Below are positions 34,530-40,407 of a stretch of 40,407 nucleotides of DNA, piece after piece (the stretch's first letter is position 1; each line of letters opens with the position of its first letter). Origin of the DNA: an uncultured Gammaproteobacteria bacterium (lineage in GTDB: Bacteria; Patescibacteriota; Microgenomatia; Levybacterales; UBA12049); the NCBI GenBank assembly GCA_964598995.1, contig CAZRDR010000067.1:1-40407 (forward strand), written 5' to 3'. The position numbers were made by a program, and so were the translations under genes. Below the pieces are notes generated by a model. It did no database searches. It was given only the letters and a program-made list of their open reading frames with translations, and was not told the origin of the DNA.

Positions 34530-34799
34530 TCAATTTCCAAAGCGCTTCTGCGATCTTTCTCGTGCCTTCTGAGCCTCAATTTCACGATTTTTATGCGGAG
34601 CTTTCGTTTGCAGTGAATCAAGTAATTCTTTCGTCGCAAGTGCTATATCATCTACGGCTTGATTAAACGCAATGAGGTTCTCCTCAGATGGCTTATGGTA
34701 ACCAGATAGCTTACGAACATACTGCAATGACGCATCTCGTATTTCCTGATCAGTTGCAGGTGGATCAAAATTAAAAAGTGGCTTAATATTTCGGCACAT
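34530..34799 (-). CDS. DUF2277 domain protein
   Basis: The N-terminus MCRNIKPLFNFDPPATDQEIRDASLQYVRKLSG is the family signature. Confidence 0.78.
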   Translation of the reverse strand: MCRNIKPLFNFDPPATDQEIRDASLQYVRKLSGYHKPSEENLIAFNQAVDDIALATKELLDSLQTKAPHKNREIEAQKARERSQKRFGN

Positions 34800-35337
34800 C
34801 GTAATAAAGCAGTCTATTCCCGTTTTTGAAATTTCTCGTCTTGGTAAGTTTGAGATCTAACTTATGATCTATGCCTTGAAATAAGAGTTTACCTTTACCC
34901 AGTATCACAGGATTAATCATCAGACGGAGTTCATCAAGCAAATTTTCTTTGAGCAAACTTACACACAGATCTGAACTACCAAAGACAGCAATGTCTTTTT
35001 CTGATGTTTCTTTCAACTTCTTAATCTCTTCAGCATTTACCTCATGCTTAAGAGTAGTATTTTGCCAGTCGGCAGATTTTAACGTTTTCGAAAAGACAAT
35101 TTTAGGTGTTTCATTCATCCTGACCGCTTCGGGTTCATCTTTGGCTTGATCTGTCGGCCAGTAAGACGCCATCATTTCATACGTCTTTCGTCCAAATAAA
35201 ATAGTTCCGACCTGGCTTGTCTGCTCAACAACAAATTCGCCCATTTCCTGATCAAAATTGTGCCAGGAGATATCGTGATCTTCGCCTTCGAAATAACCAT
35301 CAAGTGTTACCATCATAAATAAAAATAATTTGGCCAT
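34783..35337 (-). CDS. dihydrofolate-reductase-like (RibD C-terminal domain) family protein
   Basis: Motifs seen: LFLFMMVTLDGYFEG, ILFGRKTYE, IAVFGSSDL and PVILGKGKLLF. Confidence 0.8.
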   Translation of the reverse strand: MAKLFLFMMVTLDGYFEGEDHDISWHNFDQEMGEFVVEQTSQVGTILFGRKTYEMMASYWPTDQAKDEPEAVRMNETPKIVFSKTLKSADWQNTTLKHEVNAEEIKKLKETSEKDIAVFGSSDLCVSLLKENLLDELRLMINPVILGKGKLLFQGIDHKLDLKLTKTRNFKNGNRLLYYDVPKY

Positions 35338-35363
35338 AAAATAATACTACTATATTTTTTTAA

Positions 35364-35786
35364 TTATACTTCAGCTTTTGGTACGCTTTTTATCCATAAA
35401 GGTGAGGTGTCATTCGGATTGCCGTGATTGTAATTCACCGTAATCTCTTCATCCTTACTAATATCTTTTATCGCAATAAACTCGATAAGTTTTTCATCTA
35501 TCAGCTTTTTATACGTCGCGTTGGGGGTATAAGAATGATTGTACAGTGAGCCAAAACCAAGACAGATTCCTGCTTTGTGATGTGCCTCGTCATCCCCCCA
35601 CATAAAATAGTAGTTATGCAGCTCTGTCTTACGGATAAAGGGGACTTGGTGTTCAGGGATGAGAACGACAGGACAGCATTCGATGAGATCTCCTTTCGTG
35701 ATGTCCTCACGAGCAAAAATACCGCGACCTGCGTGGGGGATATGTGACTCAGACAAATAAATCTTATTTGAAGGAAGTACCTTCAT
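35364..35786 (-). CDS. minimal SET-domain methyltransferase (140 aa, no post-SET)
   Basis: Motifs seen: GRGIFA, LYNHSYTPN and EEITVNY. Confidence 0.8.
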   Translation of the reverse strand: MKVLPSNKIYLSESHIPHAGRGIFAREDITKGDLIECCPVVLIPEHQVPFIRKTELHNYYFMWGDDEAHHKAGICLGFGSLYNHSYTPNATYKKLIDEKLIEFIAIKDISKDEEITVNYNHGNPNDTSPLWIKSVPKAEV

Positions 35787-35802
35787 TCTGTTCTGAAGCT
35801 TA

Positions 35803-36372
35803 TCACTTATACACTGGTTCGTAAATAAGCTTTACGACACCGGTGGTAAATGTCTCTGACTCAATAAGCTTCAATTCAGTTTTAGGAGTGCCTTCAAAAA
35901 GCTTTTTTCCCTCACCCAAAACGACAGGATAGACGAGGAGATTAATCTGATCGGCTAAATGGTGTTCCAGCAGAAAGCGAGCTAACTGTCCACTGCCATG
36001 CACATCGATATCTCCCCCCGTTTGTGCCTTTAATTTTTTAACCTCTTCAACGACATTACCTGAGATGATATGAGAATTAGTCCAATCCGCTTTCTTGAGT
36101 GTTTTCGACACCACGTATTTTGGCATGTTATTAAATTTATCAGAGAAAAAATCACCTTTGTGCTTCGGCCATGCCTCGGCAAATCCTTCATAGGTTACGC
36201 GACCTAAAAGCTGCATATCAGAATCCTCTAATTCTTTCGTCTTAAAATCCATGAACTGTTGGTTGGAGTAGGGGAATGTCCAGCCCTCGTATTTGTAACC
36301 TGAACCATCAGGACCTGGAGCCTGAAAGATACCATCCAGTGAGACAAATTCTGTTATGACAAGCTTTCGCAT
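35803..36372 (-). CDS. dihydrofolate-reductase-like (RibD C-terminal domain) family protein, second paralog
   Basis: Motifs seen: ITEFVSLDGIFQAPG, LLGRVTYE, IDVHGSGQL and PVVLGEGKKLF. Confidence 0.8.
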   Translation of the reverse strand: MRKLVITEFVSLDGIFQAPGPDGSGYKYEGWTFPYSNQQFMDFKTKELEDSDMQLLGRVTYEGFAEAWPKHKGDFFSDKFNNMPKYVVSKTLKKADWTNSHIISGNVVEEVKKLKAQTGGDIDVHGSGQLARFLLEHHLADQINLLVYPVVLGEGKKLFEGTPKTELKLIESETFTTGVVKLIYEPVYK

Positions 36373-36379
36373 AAATTAG

Positions 36380-36817
36380 TTATGGGAAGACAACTCCATT
36401 AGAAGTAATTTTCGTACGGGGTTCTGTTTTGTTATCGGTATATTTCCAAAAAGTAGGAATGAATTGAAGAAGAACATACTCAGGACTTGCATGCATTTTA
36501 ATACGATCTGGAAATTTCTCGAGATAATTATTCCACGCTTCTGGCTTGTCTCCCTGGATGAGCTTAACTGTCCCCCGTGCTTGGAATGTTTTAAATTCTT
36601 CCTCACTGAATCCAACGACGAATGCACCCGGACGCTCTTCACCAGTGAGTAATGGTTTACATTTTTCACTCTGTCTCTCTGTCATTACGTAGAATATTGG
36701 CAGAGATTCATCAAATGAATAATGCAGTGCTGCAGAATAAACTACTGGAGTTGTATCCAACGTACTTAAGACTCCTACTCGCTGGTTTTTTAGAAAATCG
36801 CTTACTCTTGTGTCCAT
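36380..36817 (-). CDS. pyridoxamine 5'-phosphate oxidase-like FMN-binding family protein
   Basis: NQRVGVLSTLDTTPVVYSAALHYSFDE... fits a split-barrel PNPOx-like N-terminus. TATAAT lies 6 nt upstream of the ATG. Confidence 0.7.
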   Translation of the reverse strand: MDTRVSDFLKNQRVGVLSTLDTTPVVYSAALHYSFDESLPIFYVMTERQSEKCKPLLTGEERPGAFVVGFSEEEFKTFQARGTVKLIQGDKPEAWNNYLEKFPDRIKMHASPEYVLLQFIPTFWKYTDNKTEPRTKITSNGVVFP

Positions 36818-36880
36818 ATCCTTATTATACTCCCTTTGTCCAGAGCGTTTACAAGAGAAATAATACAGTAGATGCTCTAC

Positions 36881-36910
36881 TTGACAAATGTAGAACGAAT
36901 GTTCTATAAA
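36881..36910 (+). promoter_or_regulatory. TetR-gene promoter (TTGACA-18 nt-TATAAA)
   Basis: TTGACAaatgtagaacgaatgttcTATAAA overlaps operator 1. Confidence 0.55.
36891..36906. promoter_or_regulatory. operator 1: TAGAACgaatGTTCTA
   Basis: A 16-bp inverted repeat with 6-bp perfect arms, lying between -35 and -10. Confidence 0.65.
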
Positions 36911-36912
36911 TA

Positions 36913-36928
36913 TAGAACGATCGTTCTA
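36913..36928. promoter_or_regulatory. operator 2: TAGAACGATCGTTCTA (perfect 16-bp palindrome)
   Basis: It has the same half-site as operator 1 and ends on the A of the TetR ATG. Confidence 0.65.
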
Positions 36929-37518
36929 TGACTACCCGCGATATTATTATTCAAAAAACAACCTCTCTTTTTGCTAAGAATGGATATGAGAATTTTAGCA
37001 TGAGGACATTGGCCCAAGACATTCCCCTAGCACAATCTGTGATCTATCACTACTTCCCAGATAAAGATTCTTTATTAAGAACAATGTTTGAGACATTAAA
37101 TACCTCACTTGGTCAAAAAAGACGTGCATTAGTCGAACCTACTACTGCTTCAGATATGCTCATGCAGCGTATCGAATTTCAGCTTGATAATGCTGAGGCA
37201 ATAGTCGCAGTCCTTAAATATTATCTTGCCTATCGTCGGACGTTCATGAAGTTTGAGGGTGGTTTTGTCCCTGATAAGTCTGCACTCCATATAGAAGAAG
37301 TATTAACAAAAGGTTTGAACACAGGAGAATTCTATGTAGATGATCTCAAAAAAGATGCTAAGGTCATAACGCATGCTGTCAATGGATTCCTCCTTGAGTA
37401 TTATCCAGACATCCCAAAGGGGAAAGCACGTAAAGAGCTCTGTCAAACTATTCATAATTTCCTGATAAGAGCTTTAATGAAAGGAGGTGAATTACATGAA
37501 GAATCTCTCACTTATTGA
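36928..37518 (+). CDS. TetR/AcrR family transcriptional regulator
   Basis: The N-terminal HTH reads LFAKNGYENFSMRTLAQDIPLAQSVIYHYFPDKDSLL. Confidence 0.85.
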   Translation: MTTRDIIIQKTTSLFAKNGYENFSMRTLAQDIPLAQSVIYHYFPDKDSLLRTMFETLNTSLGQKRRALVEPTTASDMLMQRIEFQLDNAEAIVAVLKYYLAYRRTFMKFEGGFVPDKSALHIEEVLTKGLNTGEFYVDDLKKDAKVITHAVNGFLLEYYPDIPKGKARKELCQTIHNFLIRALMKGGELHEESLTY

Positions 37519-37705
37519 TTGGTTAGCACTCGTACTTGTCTTAGTTGGTGGACTAAATTGGGGACTCGTAGGTATTCTCAATTTTGATTTGGTCGCAACT
37601 CTTTTTGGTGACATGTCGGTGATGTCACGCATTGTCTATAGTTTAGTCGGACTTGCAACTATTTATATGGCTGCAATCGCTATGAACCTTGGTAAAAAAG
37701 CCTAA
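37496..37705 (+). CDS. DUF378 family small membrane protein
   Basis: LVLVGGLNWGLVGILNFDLV is the family signature. The start was chosen 6 nt after AAGGAGGTG (37481-37489). The gene overlaps the TetR 3' end. Confidence 0.8.
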   Translation: MKNLSLIDWLALVLVLVGGLNWGLVGILNFDLVATLFGDMSVMSRIVYSLVGLATIYMAAIAMNLGKKA

Positions 37706-37718
37706 TAAAAAATACTTT

Positions 37719-37758
37719 ACTGGCCTAGTGTAATAACCGATTCAGTCACTAGGCCAGT
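37719..37758 (+). terminator. 12-bp stem hairpin after the TetR-DUF378 unit
   Basis: The stem is ACTGGCCTAGTG with CACTAGGCCAGT, separated by a 16-nt loop. No clear U-tract follows, so its function as an intrinsic terminator is uncertain. Confidence 0.4.
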
Positions 37759-37841
37759 AACAGGCTTTATATCATAGAAAATACCTCATATTCAAACAAT
37801 ATTTATTGACATCATTCCCCTATTTCTATACACTCTGATAA

Positions 37842-38312
37842 ATGCAAAAGATTACTCCATTTCTTTGGTTTGACACACAAGCTCGCGAAGCTGCTAAATT
37901 CTATACAACTGTCTTTAAAGACTCCTCTATCAAATCTCCGGTCGAACTCAATGACACGCCATCAGGCAACGTTGAGGTCATCACTATCGAACTCTTCGGA
38001 CAGGAATTTACCTTGATGAGTGCTGGTCCAGAATTTAAATTTAACGAAGCAATATCATTTGTTATTAACTGTAAAGATCAAGAAGAAGTTGATTATTACT
38101 GGGAACAACTGACCTCAGATGGGGGAGAAGAAAGTCAGTGTGGTTGGTTAAAAGATAAATTCGGAGTCTCCTGGCAAGTAGTACCACACCAATTAAATGA
38201 ACTACTTAGTGATCCAAATCCTAAAAAAACCCAAGCAGCTATGAAGGAGATGCTGAGGATGAAAAAGATAGTTATTAGTGAATTAGAACAAGCCGCCGAT
38301 CAGGCCTCATAA
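37842..38312 (+). CDS. VOC-fold protein of the PhnB / 3-demethylubiquinone-9 3-methyltransferase-domain family
   Basis: MQKITPFLWFDTQAREAAKFYTTVF..., CGWLKDKFGVSWQV is the characteristic pattern. Confidence 0.78.
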   Translation: MQKITPFLWFDTQAREAAKFYTTVFKDSSIKSPVELNDTPSGNVEVITIELFGQEFTLMSAGPEFKFNEAISFVINCKDQEEVDYYWEQLTSDGGEESQCGWLKDKFGVSWQVVPHQLNELLSDPNPKKTQAAMKEMLRMKKIVISELEQAADQAS

Positions 38313-38339
38313 AAGTTTTGTCTTTCACATCAGTCCTGT

Positions 38340-38345
38340 TATAAT
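38340..38345 (+). promoter_or_regulatory. -10 box (cTGTTATAAT) 8 nt upstream of the mgtC-like ATG
   Basis: Sequence is TGTTATAAT-actagctc-ATG. Confidence 0.45.
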
Positions 38346-38353
38346 ACTAGCTC

Positions 38354-39691
38354 ATGAATTTTAGCGACATAGGACTCCCATTTTTACTCGCATTTCTCAT
38401 AGGTGCTGCAATTGGAATAGAACGTGAAGTAAATGAAAAGTCAGGAGAATATCAACAAAAACCAAGTGCAACATTAGGACTTAGGACATTCTCTTTGGTA
38501 AGTGTTTTAGGTGCAATAGTAGGGGCACTCATTCCATCCTTTCTTTTAATCGGGGTTACGCTTACCGCTGGTTTTATAGCACTTTTGCTATTCTTTTATT
38601 TTCATGAGGTGGCCAAGACACAAGACCATGGTATCACTACAGAAATTGCACTTCTCTATACATTCATCATTGGACTTCTCCTCATCTTAAAAGTAATTCC
38701 AATTCAAATGACCCTCGCACTCTCAATCATCGTAATGCTTCTTCTATCACAGAAACAATTGATAAAGCAAAAAATGCAAGCTATCACTTCTTCTGAACTT
38801 AATGCCTTCATTGCTTTTGCGATGATCGCGATAGCTGTATTACCTTTTCTGCCAAATATCACTTACTCGCTTAAGGAGATTCCTGGCATCGGAGACTTGA
38901 TTAAAAATGCAAAGTTAGAAAGTAATGAATTACTTTCAATTGAACTGATTAATCCGTTCAAACTCTGGTTGTATGTAGCACTCATCACAGGTGTCGATTT
39001 AATTGGCTATATTCTTCAACGATTGCTCGGAAGAAAAGGCGGGTGGATACTTGCAAGTATCGCTGGGGGATTTGTCTCGTCAACTGCTACAACACAATCT
39101 CTGGCCCAACAAAGTAAAAAGTCAAAAAATGTAAACTCTCTTGTAAGTGCTGCAGTACTTGCGAACGTAGTTAGTTTTGTCCAAATAGGTATACTTATTT
39201 TACCTCTCAATATTTCGCTTTTTATATCACTTGTTCCAATACTCCTACTGATGCTAGTAAGCGGAATTGTAATTACTATCTATTACCTGAAAAAAGAACA
39301 GCGTCAAAGTGAAGATTCAAATGCTTATGAGACGAGTAAAAAAATTATTAACTTAAAAGGGGCATTGGTATTCGTCGGTCTTTTCCTTTTAGTCAACTTA
39401 TTCTCTAAGATTGGTCTTTTACTTTTCGGTGAAGGCGGATTATTACTGACAACTGGGCTTGGAGCAATGGTGGGATTGGATGCAGTCATGATCAATATTG
39501 CTCAGCTTACTACGTCAACGATAACTATCACTTTAGCTAGTATCGCATTTATCATTGCCAATAGTGTTAATTTGTCAGCGAAGATTATGTACTCCTATTT
39601 ATTAGGTACTAAAGAATTTACTAAAAAATTCGGGTTGGGTATGGCAATAATCATAATCTTGAGTATTATTCCTCTTTTCATCAAGTTCTAA
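38354..39691 (+). CDS. MgtC/SapB family domain + DUF4010 membrane protein
   Basis: LLAFLIGAAIGIEREVNEK and GLRTFSLVSVLGA are present. The protein is a 445-aa polytopic fusion. Confidence 0.78.
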   Translation: MNFSDIGLPFLLAFLIGAAIGIEREVNEKSGEYQQKPSATLGLRTFSLVSVLGAIVGALIPSFLLIGVTLTAGFIALLLFFYFHEVAKTQDHGITTEIALLYTFIIGLLLILKVIPIQMTLALSIIVMLLLSQKQLIKQKMQAITSSELNAFIAFAMIAIAVLPFLPNITYSLKEIPGIGDLIKNAKLESNELLSIELINPFKLWLYVALITGVDLIGYILQRLLGRKGGWILASIAGGFVSSTATTQSLAQQSKKSKNVNSLVSAAVLANVVSFVQIGILILPLNISLFISLVPILLLMLVSGIVITIYYLKKEQRQSEDSNAYETSKKIINLKGALVFVGLFLLVNLFSKIGLLLFGEGGLLLTTGLGAMVGLDAVMINIAQLTTSTITITLASIAFIIANSVNLSAKIMYSYLLGTKEFTKKFGLGMAIIIILSIIPLFIKF

Positions 39692-39699
39692 ACCTCTGC

Positions 39700-39705
39700 T
39701 ATAAT
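39700..39705 (+). promoter_or_regulatory. -10 box (cTGCTATAAT) 6 nt upstream of the ATG at 39712
   Basis: Sequence is TGCTATAAT-aacatt-ATG. Confidence 0.5.
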
Positions 39706-39711
39706 AACATT

Positions 39712-40248
39712 ATGAGTTCTCCTACTACTCCTAATGATGTTGCTCTTGTCACCTTCAGACAAAGTATATTCTTCCTGATTTATCGACTCATAGGTATAGA
39801 AATTCTTCTAGCACTTCTTTATTTACTCTTACGAATTCCCAAGACATTTCTCTTTGGGTTAGATATTCCATTTGATACTTTAGTGCAAATCCAATGGATA
39901 GGCGTCGTATATTTTATAATTCTCAGTATCATTCAGACAGCGCTAGTGATTTATGTTGTTATCCAATACGAAAGCCAATCGTATGAGGTACATCAACAGC
40001 TTCTTGCAAAAAACTCTGGAATTATCAATAAAAATACTGAAACGTATTCAATTAGGAATATTGAATCAGTAATAGTGAAACAAGGGATTCTAGGCAGATT
40101 ATTTAAATATGGTGATGTGACTATCCACAACCCAGCATTAAAACAGGATTTTCATTTACCAGGCATCCCTAATCCTCACTATTATGCAGACTTGATTGAA
40201 AACTCAGTTGCACGCATTACACAACTTCGTATGGCTCCTTCTAAATAA
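39712..40248 (+). CDS. membrane protein with bacterial PH (bPH_2/YdbS-YdbT-like) domain
   Basis: Two TM helices are followed by ...YSIRNIESVIVKQGILGRLFKYGDVTIHN, which is typical of bPH_2. Confidence 0.62.
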   Translation: MSSPTTPNDVALVTFRQSIFFLIYRLIGIEILLALLYLLLRIPKTFLFGLDIPFDTLVQIQWIGVVYFIILSIIQTALVIYVVIQYESQSYEVHQQLLAKNSGIINKNTETYSIRNIESVIVKQGILGRLFKYGDVTIHNPALKQDFHLPGIPNPHYYADLIENSVARITQLRMAPSK

Positions 40249-40261
40249 TAAAAAGATTGTT

Positions 40262-40407
40262 TTATCCAATGTTATACCACTGTCGGAATTCTGTACATTT
40301 CCCTTCTTGATCAAGTTTTACTTGGAATATCCCATCTAGAACAGCTCTCTCACCTGATGTTCGATCAAAGGATGCATGCCAGTGAGCTATCCCTATATTA
40401 TCTTTAA
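40262..40407 (-). CDS. C-terminal fragment of a hypothetical protein (possibly NTF2/SnoaL-like); 5' end outside window
   Basis: My hand translation of the minus strand gives ...KDNIGIAHWHASFDRTSGERAVLDGIFQVKLDQEGKCTEFRQWYNIG*. It is not in the ORF track because the visible part is under 60 aa. Confidence 0.35.
   Translation of the reverse strand, partial: KDNIGIAHWHASFDRTSGERAVLDGIFQVKLDQEGKCTEFRQWYNIG

Noticed and set aside
1-40407. Alternative genetic code (UGA recoding as in some CPR lineages), tRNA/rRNA genes, prophage or transposon boundaries
   Set aside because: Several well-supported genes end at TGA, for example at 936-938, 9593-9595 and 26598-26600. Long ORFs are intact under the standard code. 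No cloverleaf-like GC-rich segments, integrase or transposase motifs, or long terminal inverted repeats were seen.

Overview
This is an AT-rich, gene-dense bacterial window. It has about 52 protein-coding genes and no rRNA, tRNA, CRISPR array, transposase or integrase that I could recognise. TGA and TAA both terminate long ORFs, so the standard code applies.

The gene content suggests a small-genome, monoderm-like organism of the Patescibacteria/CPR (Microgenomates-like) type. Supporting genes are a DUF2298 'YYY' membrane protein, LCP, FemAB, GT-C/TPR glycosyltransferases, Pro/Thr-linker secreted proteins and a eukaryote-type hexokinase. This placement is inference only.

Layout:
- 1-11 kb: cell-envelope glycosylation and peptidoglycan genes, plus tpiA and a UvrD-type helicase.
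- 11-15.7 kb: a minus-strand clpB operon behind a CIRCE operator. It also carries a zinc-ribbon RNase HI, an orphan twin-arginine-signal protein and a membrane-anchored methyltransferase.
- 16.5-17.8 kb: truB and hpt.
- 17.8-21.4 kb: a tight four-gene operon. A ferric-reductase-type heme membrane domain is fused to duplicated extracytoplasmic domains. It is followed by three membrane-anchored proteins that each appear to mature to an N-terminal histidine, one of which is a clear YcnI/DUF1775 copper protein.
- 21.4-40.4 kb: a mosaic of small stress and detoxification genes and regulators. These include YeaQ/GlsB, FMN reductase with HxlR, MsrA, VOC proteins, two RibD_C/DHFR-like proteins, PNPOx, TetR, MgtC/DUF4010 and an orphan histidine kinase. 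Two SET-domain methyltransferases also lie here.

The most interesting candidate system is the ferric-reductase-domain/YcnI operon, a putative extracytoplasmic copper redox and handling module.

A second window-wide signal concerns translation initiation. Many first-in-unit genes have an extended -10 box (TGCTAnnAT) only 6-8 nt upstream of the ATG, which implies leaderless mRNAs. A minority of genes instead carry an identical strong AAGGAGGTG Shine-Dalgarno.

All family assignments come from motif recognition by eye. No searches were run.
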